Positions 35,978 to 49,853 of a stretch of DNA of 64,000 bases are shown here, piece after piece; positions within the stretch are counted from its first letter, which is position 1, and every line of letters starts with the position of its first letter. This DNA comes from Moniliella sp. 'wahieum' (Eukaryota). Position numbers and translations under genes: made by a program. Under the pieces are notes generated by a model. It made no database searches, had not been told where the DNA came from, and saw only the letters and a list, made by a program, of their open reading frames with translations. The stretch covers positions 1 to 64,000 of the forward strand of contig RSEE01000048.1 in assembly GCA_003971905.1 (NCBI GenBank), written 5' to 3'.

Positions 35978-38743
35978 TTACTTGCGCGCCAGGCCATCGC
36001 GGTACTGCACAAACGCCATCAGGTTGCCCACTGCCTCGTCCGCTGTGGCCCGCAGCGACGCATGGGCGCGCTTATCAATCCCCCGCGCCGCTTGGCGAAC
36101 GCGAGCAAAGGTCGAGCGCAGAACGCCGTTGAACTTGGCGTCAATGTAGACATGGTCATAGGAACGCGTTTCATCGGCATACACGTCCATCACTGCGTTC
36201 AACGCCGCGACCAAGGCCTCGGCCGTGGTGCTGTGCGGCCCGGCGCCAACAGCCTTGACCACATTGACCAAAAACGTCCCCAGGGCCAGGTTGTCCTCAT
36301 CCGTCACATGCGGCCCCCGCGCCAAACATCCAATGGTGCCCACCGCCTTGACCCGGACCGCATCCGAGGCGGCCGTGTGGTACGCGGCCTGCAACGCCGT
36401 GCCAGCGTCCACTTCTCCTTTCTCCCCCGTCGTCAAGCGCAGAGGAAGGTCTCCGCTCGTGATGCGGGCCAGCGCCCAGAGGCACCCAAGGCAGTGCTCA
36501 AACATGATCCGTCCGTCTGTCCGGCACTGGTGGGGGTCGCATCAGAGGATGCAACCGAAGGCACGCTGGCTACTTGAGCCGCGGTACCAAACAGACCTTG
36601 CCACAGTTCTTGAATTCGTGCCTGTGCGGAAGACGAAGCGACCCAAGCGGTTACCTGGGCCACGTGAGCTGCTTGCTCAGGTGACTCGATCGGTTGGCTG
36701 GGCGGAGGCGGACTGTGGTCGGCCAATGCCAAGAGGACATTGTTGAGTGCGGCCAGAGCGTGGACTGCAACCCGGCGCGAGTGGGAGCCGGGCAAGCCAG
36801 CATTGGGAGCAAACGAGTCGCTAATGGAAGGTGTGGCAAGACGCACCAAGGCGGGTAGTAGAATGGGCCCGGTAAAAACTTGGACAAGGAAAGAGGAAGC
36901 GAACTCGGTTTCATCCTCCACCTTGTTGCCCTTGGATTGACGAGCGAGCGAATCTGGTCCCAAATCGTCCAACACATCTGCTTCAATCACATCTTCATCT
37001 TCATCGCTGTTGTCATCCATCATATCATCTTCGTCCATGGCCTCATCCCACTCGTTCTCAGCCTTCTCATCCAGTACACGAGCCAAGGCCGGTACAGACT
37101 CAGCCACCACCTCGAGAGCCAACAGCACGAGCTCGGCTGCGTCGGCCGAACCTTGGGTCACCTGGTCCAGTTGGACGTTGGATAGCAGGGTACTAAGCCG
37201 AGGGAGGATGGAACTTTGTTCAAATTCGATCAGGCCTACAGTGCCTGAGCCTTGGGGGTTGGGTGCTTGGACCGATGCGGGCTCAGGGATGGTGGCCAGG
37301 ACGCTTCGCAGAATAGCCGAGGACAAGACCCCCACCATTTCCAGATCGCCACTCACCATCGTAGAGGGAATAAGCGCCGTGCAGGCCAACAGGGCGCTAG
37401 GTTTCGTTGGCCTTCGGCCCGATTAACATGAGGAGCAGCCAAGACTTGGGCGTGCTTTGCTTCAGCCGCTGCGACCAGAGGCGCAGCAGCCCCCTTGGCC
37501 GAACCACTGCCTGCACTGACAGATGCACCGGCAAACCGGCCACGAGCCCCCTTGGTAAGTGCTTTGATCTCCTCTTTGCTGTATTCGATCCCAGCCAAGA
37601 GCCGAACAAACGCAGCGTTTTCATCTGCCAAGACCAGCAGCGTGTTCCCCGCGGTACGAGCGATTTGTGCGAGCTTGGCTTGGTACGGTGAGTCTTCGAG
37701 GATACCACCTTGTTGTTTGGCCGCCACCCAGCGCAGGTAGCCACACAGCATGCCAGGCAGGCCAGGTGCCGCCTCTACCAACTGAAGGCCAAGCGCGTCG
37801 CTGGCCTCGGCCAAAAGCCAGATCAGGGTAAGAAGGTTTTCCACCATTTCGCACAATTCGGTCGTCTCCTCTGCGTCTTTAGACAGCGACTCGGTAGCTC
37901 GACGAGCTAGTTCTGTCTCTCCCTTGGGAGCAGCGGGAGTTTCCTCCGTTTCGGTAGGCACCTCTTTCGCCTTGGCTTCCAAGTCGGCAAGAATGGCCTG
38001 GGCTTTCAACGCGTGCCGCCGTTGCTTTTTATTCATACTCTCCAACGGCCTCTCGGCAGTGGGCAGGTCAGCCTGGAGACGTTGCCGCTCCTGGGCAATC
38101 TGCGCTTGAAGGGCTTCCTTGCCGGATGCGACGGAGAGGGGGACGGTGCCCAGCTGATGAGGAGGGACGTTTGCCTGCCTCGGCTGGGTCCACCCGGCTT
38201 GCCAAGTCCGCGTGAGAGCGGGCCAAGAGGGAAAGGAGGATGGGGATGCCTTCGTGCCGGGCAATTTCCAGTCGGACCGAGTCGTACGAGGCGTCAACAG
38301 CCAAGTTGCGAAGTGTACTCGTGGCTTCCTGTTGACCTCGGCATGGGGGCCGGCGAGCTTAGCCGCCGAAGCCTCGGCGGCGGCGGGGGACTCGTCCTTA
38401 ATCGCGCTGGGCGAGGGAGGGCGAGCAGAGAGGACACGGAGAATACGTTGGACAAGCTTGTGGTGAGGCTGAAGCAGCTGTTTCCGCAAGGCAGGGTCAG
38501 CGGCAAAGCCACTGATGGCAGCCAACGCCCAGCCTGTTCCTGCAGCTCGGCTAAACGGTCTTTGAGCGGCTTGACCGCACCCGAGGGAGCAGTGAGGGAG
38601 CTTGGCCAACAGCGGGATCACATCCGATGCCTGCACCGCCGAGCCCGCCGCGGCCCCCGCCGCACCACCTCCGTGCTGGGACGGGCGAGAGGGTTGGTGC
38701 GGCGAGCTTTGCGTGCAGCAGGACGAAAGGTGTGCTTGGGCAT
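35978..38743 (-). CDS. SYO1: ARM/HEAT-repeat symportin Syo1 (HEATR3-like; Rpl5/Rpl11 import adaptor)
   Basis: N-terminus MPKHTF...KARRTNPLARP; ENLLTLIWLLAEASD; acidic loop; C-terminus ALNAVMDVYADETRSYD...IDKRAHASLRATADEAVGNLMAFVQYR matches the Syo1 pattern as recalled; multiple frameshifts. Confidence 0.8.
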
Positions 38744-39785
38744 CGATATGAGGGAGGAGCACAAGCGATGCCTGGCGACGGTCGGAGGACTGACTGGCGT
38801 TTGGCGTTTGGCGTTTGACTTTAGGCTTAACCCGTTGGCTTTTTTTTCCACCCTCTTTCCTCTGCCAAAAATTGCATCCGACCAGCCAGTTCCGCCCTAA
38901 CAGTGTCATTCCGCCCGCGACCCCTCCCCTAATAGGGGGGTGCCGTTCAACGTTGAGTATTCCATGGCGTGCGTCCGTCTCGAGAAAAACGGCGCCCGCC
39001 GGGGTAAACTACAGGCAGCTGAACCATATATGTATCTACGACCGATGCGTACCAACAACCCCGCTTCTTGACCTGCACGACTTGCATGACTGTACTGTAT
39101 CCCGTACGCCGTACCTGCACGCGAAGCCTCAACTACGCAGTTTTTACACGCGACTTGGAATTCAGTTCGTTCGATTGTAGCGCTTCCATGCTCCATGCTG
39201 GCCCGGCGCGGTGAGGCCGCGGGGCGGAGACACCAGCAGAAGCCAAGAAGCCCGAGGCCAGAGGCAGCTAAAGTCCCTTTGTGTGATTCGTAAGGAAGCA
39301 AAACGGGCACAAGATCAAGGGGGGTGGGAGGGATGGGAGACGAGAAGGGGAAGAAGGCCGCGCTGGAGAAACGAAGGAACCGGGGTCTCTCGCGAGTAGT
39401 ACAGCAGAGCACAGACAACAGGCATGTTTTTGGGAGGCCACAATGCAGATGTCAAAGCCATTATTTGCACGTTGTAGGGAACGGGAACGATGGAACGATG
39501 CAGGGGTGGAAGTTGGAAAGTTGAGAAAGTGGGAAGTTGGGAAGTTGGGAAGGGAGAAACGGGAGGCTTTTTATCAAGAGGGGGCTTGCCATGGCGGATG
39601 CAAGCAAGGAGGCCCAGGCGAACGGCGAAGCAGATTCGTCCTTTGGTACGAGAGGGGGATGTCAAATGAGTGGGTGGGGACGGTACATCTGCATGCACAT
39701 GCAAACTGTGTCGAGGAACGAAGGTGCGTCGAAACAATACCACATCCACAGAAGGGGTGTGCAGCACGCAGCTTCAGGCCTCACG

Positions 39786-42700
39786 AGGTAAGGGAAGTAC
39801 GGGTACGGGGGAAGACAAACGCATCAAGGTCCTTTTGCGCCGGCGTGCGGCGTCGAGTGGTGTAGGTTGAGGTGGGAGGAAGACGAGGCATCTCCTCCTC
39901 CTGTCGCGCAGCGGACAGGGGACACGGTGCCGTCTGGCCCTGTGCAACGGGGGCGAAGACAGGCTGGTTGCGCTGCTCTCAGTAGAAGCGAGGGTCCGAT
40001 GCGATTCGTGCGAATCAACAGGAGAGGCAGCAGGGGTATGGGCGGTCGAGTCGGAGCCTGGATCGGAGACGAGTGCCGGTCCTACTACGGAAGACGCTGC
40101 TTCCGGTGCAGAGTCAGAGCAAGGGGACGAGCAAGGGGCAAAAGCGTCAGTCGAAAGGGGAAGGGACGTGCCCAACATGCCTATCGTAGCTCGGGCTTTC
40201 CTGGGTCCCAACCCCGAGGTGGAAGAAGACCAATCGGCCGAGCCGGGAAGAGAGGTCAGATGGTCGGAAGAAGTGGATTGGTCGGCTGCGTCCGAAGGGT
40301 CGGTGTTCGTCCATCCATCCTCCTCTGTTTCAGGCGAGTGATGAGGGGCCATGAGAGAGAAAGAAGGTGCAAGTCCCGAAGGGCGACGGTACGGTCGTCC
40401 ACGCATACTACTTCGGGACCGAGAAGAGTGGGTACGAGCAAGGAACGCCGTCCCTCCCCCGCACTAGGAACCCGCCGTGAGAGCGATCGCGCCGAGGACA
40501 ACCCGACGCCATCCTCCGGGGGCCCGGCTGAGTAATCCCTGGTTCCATCACGGGATGGGACGAGAAGGTTTCCCTGGGAGAAGATTCTCCCCCTCAGCAA
40601 GAGGATGGTGAGCGGACACGCTGGGCCGGGCACTGGAATGGTCTTTGAGAGGAATCTTGAGTAGCTTGGCCAAAGCGGTTCGACGGCGAGACTTAGGGGT
40701 AGGATTGGATTCCCCAGCCCGTTTGTGCGCCGCCGTGGCACCCTCGGTCGCAGGTGCCTTGGATCGCTGGGCCGATTTGGCCGACTTGGCTTGCTTCTTG
40801 GCCGCCTTGGCATCGTGTGCTCGGACCATACGGTCCACCTTATGAAGTTGTTTGAGCATTGCGGCCTCGGCCTTGGCTTGGCTCTTTTGGCTTTGGCCGC
40901 TCGTTTGGCGGCTGCCTTCGCGGCCCGACGGCTCATTCGGGGGGTCCCCGCATCACCTCTGCCATCGGGGCTGAGGTTGACCAAAGGGTCTGGCCAGAAG
41001 GAGGAGACATCGGTGTGGGAAGAGGGACCATGTCTGCACTACTACGCGGAGCGACAAGCCTTGATGGGGGTAGCAGGCGAGATGGTTACCTCTGGGGCAC
41101 AAGCGGTAGCGGCCTTCCCACCTGAAGAAGGTGAAGAAGAGAGCGCACCTTGGTCTTCGACGTCCTTGCTTACTTTGTTCGTCCCAGGAGCTCGGTCCGG
41201 CTGGGCAGCCGAGCGCACTCGAGGTTCCGGCTCGATCGCGTCGATCCAGGGCCAGACTGTGCTGACGGAGATCCCTTGCTGCTTGCAGAGGACCCTTCTT
41301 ATTGACGTTTAGTTCTGGAGAGGGTTGGCAGCGGCGGATCGAGCGGTGGAGTCAGATCCCGAGTCAAACTGGGCTGAGACGGCCCAAGGAAACTCCGATC
41401 TTATATTGGCCACTGTGTAGCTCAACGGTCTGTCGTGTCTCTTTTGTCCTCCTTGTCCCCTTGTCCAACCGCAACGTCGCATTTGTTGAAGAATCGGCTG
41501 CGGGACGCGCAGTCAAAGGGGGGTTCATCGGCCTGCTTCGAGCAGCAGGAGGTGGTAACTGAGGCGTGTGAGGGCCAGATTCACGTCGAGACCTAGGACT
41601 GAGGCGGTAGAAAAGGGCTGGGTTGAGAGGGAAGCGTCGGGGTGCGCTGTGGGGAACCAACGACAGGAAGGGACGCAAGCGAAGCGGTAGAGAAGCTAAG
41701 GTTACCCAACCGGCCCACGACAGACGAAGGGGAAAGATCTCCTGTAAAACTGAGCGGGTGAGCTGGGCGAGGGCACGTCCCCCAATCGAGGTGGCTGCGT
41801 CCGATTCGGCCCTGCGAGCGGAGCAAGGCTGGTGTCGGTCTCCCTGCTCGCTCGGGGAATGCAGAGTCATCGACCCGCGGCGGACCCGAGCCGAGCCCGG
41901 TAGCGGGGACAAGGGTGGTGCGCCGGGGAAACAAGTCTCCTTCTGCCCTGAAACAGAGGGGGCAGTAGAATTGTGGATCGGCAATGGTTGTGTCGATGGA
42001 GTTCCCGGCAGATGCCGTGAAGATGCTGGCGACGGTGATGGTGGTGCGGGTGCGGGCGAGGGCGAGTCGTTTCTTGCGCCGAAAGCTGAACCATGAAGTC
42101 CAGCTGGAGCGACGAGGACGCGGTGTCGTTGGTTCCAAGGAGCGCGCTTGCTCAGTGCTAACCGACGTACCCGACGCGGCCATCTGTTCTGTTAAATGGT
42201 CGCAGGCGACGGGGAAGTCGTGGTAGCGAGGTCGGACGCGGCCCGTTTCACCTCCGGAACCAGACCAAGAGCTGGGACTGGGTCATTGAGTCCAGTCGGT
42301 GTGGCATGCTTGTGTGGCGGTAGAAATAGGCTCGGGGTTGTTGGCCAATGGAACGCACGCCGATCCAGGAGAAGGGGTTGGCGTTGATTCGGAGGAAGAG
42401 TCTACCTTGGAGCCTACCTCCTGCGACGAATTGGATACCAACGATACCCCGGAGTCAAAGTAGGTTTGGTATACGGTTCCGTGCACGTTGAAAGAAACCC
42501 GCCGAAGTTGTGGATGGGTCAAGGGGGGTAGAATGGGGTAGCAAGCGAAGGTTCTGTATGTCTTGAGAAGGTAATGGTGATTTAGGCTCCGTAGAGTGGT
42601 GATCGGAGACAACGACGAATCTGCCTGTAAGAGAGTTAGTGTTGTGGATTAGAGGGAAGAGGCAACGAACCTGCTCTGGATTGGAAACGGGCACGCGTTT

Positions 42701-44498
42701 GGATCGTCTCTGCCACAGGGGGGTTGCGGAGGCGAGGGCGCAAGGTCAAATGTGGGGGCAGCGCAATATGACAAAACGGGATGGGTGGCGGCGAGGCGAT
42801 TCAGGGGGGGAAGCAAGAGGTGTGGCCTGGGGAGTGGTCCACACTTCGTTGAGCGAGCTAAATGAAATCGGACGGGACTCGTCTTGGGCCGGAGTTGCTG
42901 GGTCGTCGCCTCGCTGAGTAGTGGAGCGAACTTCGTGTCCTGCTGGAGTTCGGGCAACTCCTCTCTAAGAACGTCGGTGGCAGCATACCTATGTGGAGCA
43001 TCACAGGCGAGCTCTTCCCCCTTGAAGGATGCCGCGTGGGACGCATCAGATCCCGAGTTTGAAGGTGTAGGCGGTTTAATCGGCTCGACCGGGTTGAATG
43101 ATTGGGCAATGTCATGCGGTGTGCCATGTTCTTCTGTTGATGAGGGTGGTGAAGGGGGCGGAGGTGCACGGCGAGAAGGGACAAGAGCAAGGTCGACCGT
43201 TGGAGTATCGTCAGCCATGTGCTCTTTCGGCGCCCAAGTGGGTTGGACTGAACAAGCGGCGGGGCAATATCCATTGACGGTGTAGCAGAGAGAACATCCC
43301 CTTCGGATTGAGCCCAAGACGCGAACACGGCAGCGGCTGAAAAGGTAGTCGGACTGGTTCCACGGGAGAGGGCTGGGGTCATAAAGTCCTGCAGACGCGG
43401 AGTGCGTTGACCTTCCTCCTCATCTTGTTGCTCTTCGAGGGGAGGATGCGCGCCTGCCATGGAAGGAAGTGAGTGGGAAGTGATCCAATGGTCGTACTCG
43501 TGAGGAAGTGACTCGACGCTTTGGTTCGGCGTAGAGTCCCAGTCTCCCTCGAAAGCTGTAGGATTGGAAGCAAGAGCCATTGAGTGGGGCTCATAATCAT
43601 CCTCCTCATCCTCCACAAGCCCGACGTGCGTCCCCGGCCATGAGCAAGAGCAGTTAGGACAGAGGCCCTCCCCAACTCGGGTGGGGCAGGAAAGGGAAGC
43701 CCGCTTGCTACATCTGTAGAGGGTACTTGACCGAATACCATCGAGCGGCGCCTCTGGGGCGGAATGGTGACCTCGACAATCGGATCTCCTCCTTCGTCCG
43801 GATCGGGGGTGACAAGAACGTCTGGGATGGAAAAATGATGACGATGCGCGCCCTGCAGGCGCGATTTGTCAAATGCTTCGGTTTGGGCCTTATGCAAGAC
43901 GAGCGACGCTTCGGCAGCCAACTCGCAAGGAAGACTGAGCTGCGTAACTCCTGGTACGACGGGTGCTCCCAGCGCCCATTGGTCAGGGGCGGTCATTCCT
44001 TCGGGCAGCGGCCAGCCAGCAACCAGCGCATCGGCGAGAAGGGCCTCGCCGTGCTCAGCTGGGTAAGGTACCGGCCCCGTGGCGCCGTACGCCTGGGGGG
44101 GACGTAAGGCCATAGTTCTTCGTCTGGGTCTTCGAGGTGGTCCTCAAGCTCGTCATACTCGTACTCTTCCTCCCCGTCTGAGTAGTCGAACTCGTCGGGC
44201 TCGCTAACGAGGACATCGGGCGGGAGTGGGTAGATGCTGCCGCTGCTGGAGTCCGCGTCGGTATGTGGGTCGTGAAGTGGGCCGTCGAGGCCGATGTCAA
44301 TTGCAACAGGCCGGCTGTGTGAGGGGGCAAAAGACTGAGGGGGGAGGGTAGGGTCGTAGGGATCATCAGCATACGCAGTGTCGGTGTCCGTGTTGGTGTT
44401 GGTGTTGATGTGGGTGGGGTGTCGGGGTAGTGGTCGGGGTCGGCCTCGCTGGGAGGCAGGCCCACGCTGGCAGCCGCACCGGCCAGGACGGCGGCCAT
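39786..44498 (-). CDS. Large, mostly disordered Ser/Pro-rich hypothetical protein (frameshifted; may be one gene)
   Basis: Chain of abutting minus-strand ORFs (43993..44847, 43379..44113, 42858..43616, 42649..43317, 42283..42612, 41593..42183, 40548..40859, 39774..40406) with coherent acidic and S/P-rich composition; no domain recognised. Confidence 0.5.
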
Positions 44499-47400
44499 GG
44501 CGGCGGATGGGGCGCTGGTGGGGGCGGGCATCAAGCCACTGGTGCAGGGGGAGGGGTGGGGCTGGTGGTGGTGGTGCGCAGGGCCATGCGACAGGCGGGG
44601 GCTGTGGGACAGCCACACGACCGGGGTTTGTGCGCACAGGAGCAGTGTGCGGGCTGCGAGGGGATCCACGGCGCCGGGAGTATGCAAATGCGGTGCGCTG
44701 GTGCCCCCGTCCCGCAGGCTCAGCCGCAGCGGGAACACTGCCCCGGGGCCCAGGGCGGTGCTGGGCAGGAGCAGCCGCACGGGGTGTGCTAGCCCTGCCC
44801 AGCATGCCGATCGGCCGGCAGTGTGCTGGTGCGGCGGGGCGCGCCACCGAAGGTTGCTACATAGTGCCCCCCTGAGCCAATCACGTGATGGCCACGCGTG
44901 TGTGGGACATGTCGGGCGCTGGCTGAGCTGAGCAGCACTGAGCCGCTGTGGCTGAGCAGGTAGTAACCCTAATCACAGCCTGAGCTCAGCAGGCCCAGCG
45001 CCTCACGCCGATCGCCGTGATGCTTCCGCCTCGGCTTCCGCCCCCGCATTGTCCATCCCCACTGCCCCGACGGCAGCCCATATTCCCACCCCATCACATG
45101 TAATCGATGATCGGCATCCGCCTTCTGTTCCCGCCTCAGGCCTCAGGCTCAGGCCCTGATGCCTCACAGCTCAGATATCAGAAACCCAGATCTCACCATG
45201 TCAGCATGGCACGTCTCAACTCTCTGAGTTGAGTCTCAACACGCTCTGATCTCAATATCTCTTCTTATCTGCAGATCTCAGGTCGCAAAAAGCTTCAAAC
45301 CAAGAGAAAAACCACTTTGTCTCCGACCCCCCGGTACTACTATAGGGAGCCTCTTCTGATGCATGAAGTATTGATGGCACGTACACTGCACACCCCATCC
45401 ACAGAGCCTTCAAGCTTCAAGCTTCAAGCCTCCAGCAGCATCAACGTTCAACACAGCTTCAAACATCACGCGCTTCACAGGCTGTTCTGTCGTCACAGTG
45501 ACATGTGACACTGCAGGTTGTCGATCGACAACCCAACTCAACAATGTTGAGCCACCGCGGGTTGCTCGCGTGTATTGGACAAGGTCCCAGCTTTCCCCTC
45601 AGGCCGATGAGTTCCATTGTTTCCACACTTCTGTGTTTTCCTTGTCCGCAACCTATAGCCCCTATATAGCTCCTCCGGGTGGTGACTGACTGCTTGATGT
45701 TCCTCTCTATAGACGTTTTGTTGGTTGTATCACTTAAACCACAGCCGTCACCACCGAGTGTGATTGCATCGCCCTCGACAGAACCATCCGGAGTCCATGT
45801 CTCATCAAACAAGACCTCACCGTATCCACACTTCCCCGCTCTTGGGCCCTCGGGAAAGTCATGAAAATTCAGCGCAGAATTCACGCTCAGCGCTCAGCCC
45901 AGACAACCACCGCCGATCAACGAACGGCCCTGTTGGGAGCTCCACTCAAGCCTGAGCGCTGAGCGCTGAATCTCCCGCCTCGTCTCCGCCTCACGTCGAT
46001 CTTTTGCCCTTAGTCGACATACGACCAACTCGTACCCGTCTTTTTAACCAGCGCAGCCAACGCTTATGCGTGAGGGCATCGCACACGACCCTCACTATCA
46101 GTTGTGATTAGTACGAGAGACGAGAGTAGGGAATGGATGTCTCCTAACCTGTGTGGGGTACTGGTGATTACCCCCCCCCTCGACTCGGCAGAAACTTAAA
46201 ATGCATGAAGTAGCGATCGCTGCATCGAAGAACGCATGTGCCTATCATCAATGAATGGTGAATACACATCTCACACTTCGCAGTTATCTGTCTAACTCTC
46301 CCCAGCGTTATCTACCCCGTTTTAAGGGCTACTCTCTGTAAGAGTCGGGAGAATACGAGTGAGACCAAGTACCAAGGGAAGCCAAAGATGCACTGGTAGG
46401 AGAAGGGAGAACAGGATCGGCGGGAAGAGTGGTGAGAAGATTCCCCTGATTAGCTAAGAGGACCGTGACACTCTCCTACATCTATATGATGAGTAATAGT
46501 AGGATTACAAGAAAATCGTGGGGACACAACTTGGTCTGCACCCGCAGCCAATCCAAACATTTGGGACGTTGCACAAAGAGATGCGGGACGAGAGGCGGCT
46601 CTCAACTGCTTTTGTTCGTTCCATCCAGTATACCCTCTCAATGAACCGCGGCTGTGGAGGAAGAAGATGAAAAGTGATAAAAGAGAAAGGCCAGGTGTAC
46701 GGATTGTAGAATGATGGAAACACAGGAGGATTCCGAGGATCAGAAATGAAGATGAGCCGCACCGTGAGAGGCTTGGGTAGTACGAAGGAAGCCAAACTTT
46801 CTCGTGTATCGAAAGGTGGTACACAAGGAGGCGGCAATACGGGGTATAGGAGGAGCTGCACCTGATTGTTGGCGCGAGCAGAATACGACAAGGGCACCAA
46901 GAGCCAAGAGCACACCCAACAGCAGCCGGCTTATTTCACTGTTAGTCACGACAAAACAAGCGGCTATTATGCCACCAAGAAGACGGATGTGTGAGCACTA
47001 GAAGAAGGTTGCCAAAGTGTCTCATTAATGAATATGGAGATGGTCCATAGATCATTACACATCCCTGTCAACTGTTACGGGGCTTTTAGCTGATTCCATC
47101 TAATTTAAAGCCCCATATCATAGTCGGGGCCAATTCAAACGAGACGAGAACCGGGGCTAGGCCAAGCGATATAGCAATCGTTCGTGGGGAAGAAGCAAGA
47201 GCAAAGGACATGGTGCAAAGTGGAAGAAACAGGGAACGAGCGAGACGCTCGTGACGAAGAAATTGGGAATGGGAGCGAGATCAGCCAAACTATTATGATA
47301 TCCCATGCTTTCTCCAGTCTTGATAGAGCTCGCTCGCATGCCCGACCGAGTTCTAAGGCAAAACGGTCGAACACAGGTCCGGTTGTTGCCACGTGGCTGG

Positions 47401-47690
47401 CTAGGTCTTCTTCAGTTAGTTTACCTACTCAGAAGCTTTTGTTTTCTTCTTGTAGCAACGCCTGTATTTGCCTGACCTCCACCTGTATCCCGCTCCCGCT
47501 TATACTCGATACTCCTCCTCTCTCTCTCCGCTGCATTCGCTGTCTGCATCGTAGAGACTGCTGTGTCTCGCTTGCGTTCTGGCATACTTGCGTCGCTACA
47601 CGGTGGTCAGACAAAACATAGACCTACGGATCCGTGGCGACCACAGTCGCCCTTTTTGTGCCTGTTATAATATCTTCTAGTAGAGATATA

Positions 47691-47868
47691 TCATCGAGTG
47701 ACGTGGGGGGGGGTATATATACCTCGGAGAAGAGGAGGACAAGTGAGCTGAGTCACACGGAGAACAGAAAGGGGAGCATAGACAAAAGGGGAAACAGGGT
47801 CTAGAACAAAACAGGGTCCAGTCAATGTGGTAACCATGTCAGGTGACCAGGTGGGTCTGATCCCGACA
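47691..47868 (+). repeat. Copy A of a diverged ~175 bp direct repeat (copy B at 57483-57655)
   Basis: Shared collinear blocks TCATCGAGTG, GGGGAGCATA, AAACAGGGTCTAGAACAAA, CCAGTCAA, TCCCGACA. Confidence 0.85.
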
Positions 47869-48806
47869 TCAACTGTGAGTACCATGTGAGTACTGAGCCT
47901 CTTCACAGTATACTAAAGCTGCTGTAAGATTTGGGGGAAGGCGAGTAGAACCAAGTACTCAAAGAGGCAAAGGTTTCGTTGTCAGAAGAGAGTAGGCATG
48001 GCTATGAAGGAGACAAGGAAGGTCGATTACCGGATTAAATATTAAAACGACAAAGGGCCGTGACGACAACTGCTTAATAAAACGTTTAACGTTTACCGCT
48101 TCAAACGTGATGTGTGACGTCACGCCTACCTAACTAGTAACTAGGGTGCTGGTTCTTGCTTACGGCGCTTACGTCCCTATAAGGATCCGTAAACCTATAC
48201 CGCGTCTAAACGTGTTCTATACCCGAGAAGTACGCGCTAAAAAGCTTGGAGAACTTAATATGTGTCGCATGCGGGACATGTGGTGTATGGGATCACTTTT
48301 AGCGCTGGTGGAAGCGTAAAGCGCGTTTGATGTTGTTACGCGTGTGGCAGTACGGTGTGGCCTGGCGCGGTTGGGTGCAGTGCACGCCAAGGGGAGCCGG
48401 TCGGCAGGGCTGTTAGGGGGCACTGATCTAAGACAAGCCCTTCGGGGCCTCGGAGGGAACAGAAACAGGTGCGACATGTCTGAGGCGGAAGGGACCCCTC
48501 GGCCCGAGGTCGGTCGCGTCTCATATCATACCCACTATGCACTAACCTTTCATTTTTTTGTCTCACAGAGAAGGGGCTGGACGAACTATTAAATGGCAGC
48601 TCTTCTGCTTCCTCCTGAGGCTCTGAGCGCGGCCTGAACGCGACGCTGAGCGTCAGGCCCTCTCAGGCCTCAGGCTTCACGCGTCACCCCCTCACGCCTC
48701 GAAGTCTTAACGTTCAACAGCCTCAGGCCTCTGTACTTCACGTTCTGAGATCTCTGACCTCTGTCACGGGGCGGCGGACCGAGATGGTCCGATCCAAGCT
48801 AAGGCG

Positions 48807-49853
48807 CTAAGGCCCGCCTGCTCCGCATATGCCCAGTAGAGCGTGCTCCGCAGGCCAACGAAGTGTGATGATGGTGGCTAAATTAAGTACCGTGGCCCGA
48901 AGGGCCGTGCATCCGCGCGACTGTACAATGTCCAAGAACTGCAGGGCTTGGCTCCGGGTTTTGCCCTGGAGCTGTTGCTCTTTCACGCGATTCGGCTCGG
49001 GGCAGCTATTGGCAAGAACGCTCCAAGCACGAACACTGAGCGGGAGTCCAATCATTTCGCCGATGCCCACGATCCGCTCGATGCGGGCAAGGAACATGCG
49101 CGTCGTCTCCTGTGCCGCAGGCTTAAGAGCGTCGAGACGGGAACTGATATCACTCTCAAGTTGACTTGGCTGGGCGGATTGCGCTCGCACATGTTCCGGT
49201 ACATGCCCGAGGCCGAGCCGCAGGCAACATGACTCTGCGTGGTCGAGCCACATTTGGTTAAAAGGACATACTCGAGCCTCCTGTCGATGAGGGCTTCCTC
49301 AGGGAAGAAGGACCGTTGACGACTAGGTCCAGGAACTGGTATGCCGAGAGCTGGTTGCGCGTATCATAGTCATAATCTAGCCATTGTGTCGTTCCGAGTT
49401 CCCAGGAGGGCAAACTGTTTCCTTTAGCCAGCGCCCTGATCATCTCCTCTTCCATGGAACGTGTCTGAGAAGGGATTTCGGGAATCATCACCGCAGTACT
49501 TTGAATGCCGTACTTGCGGACAAAGTAAGGATACTCGTGCATGACGGCAGGGTCGTGAATTGCATCTTGTGCCTGTTCCGTGGACCACTCGGGATGGACA
49601 TCTTGGAGATTCAACAAGAACATGAGCTCATGGCGGGTTAGGTTGGTTTTCGGGGAGTGCCGCCTCTCGACGGAGAGGGGGTTGTGCCATCGTGGGCAAT
49701 TGGGGTGTCTTCACCGTTCAGACGCCCGGAGGCGGTGCTGGGGGTGGCGCGGGGAACTGCGGGCTCCTCTTGGGTAGCATCGGCAGGCATCCTTTCCTTC
49801 TTCTTGGAAAGGAGTGGAAAGACAGTATCGGCTCCGGAACGGAGGCCAGGCAT
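48807..49853 (-). CDS. Hypothetical protein (three abutting ORFs joined by frameshifts)
   Basis: ORFs 49638..49853, 49258..49623 and 48807..49253 abut and read as a plausible globular protein after a disordered N-terminus; no family recognised. Confidence 0.45.

Noticed and set aside
46222..46237. GCATCGAAGAACGCA resembling the 5.8S rRNA motif
   Set aside because: Imperfect short match with no flanking rRNA similarity
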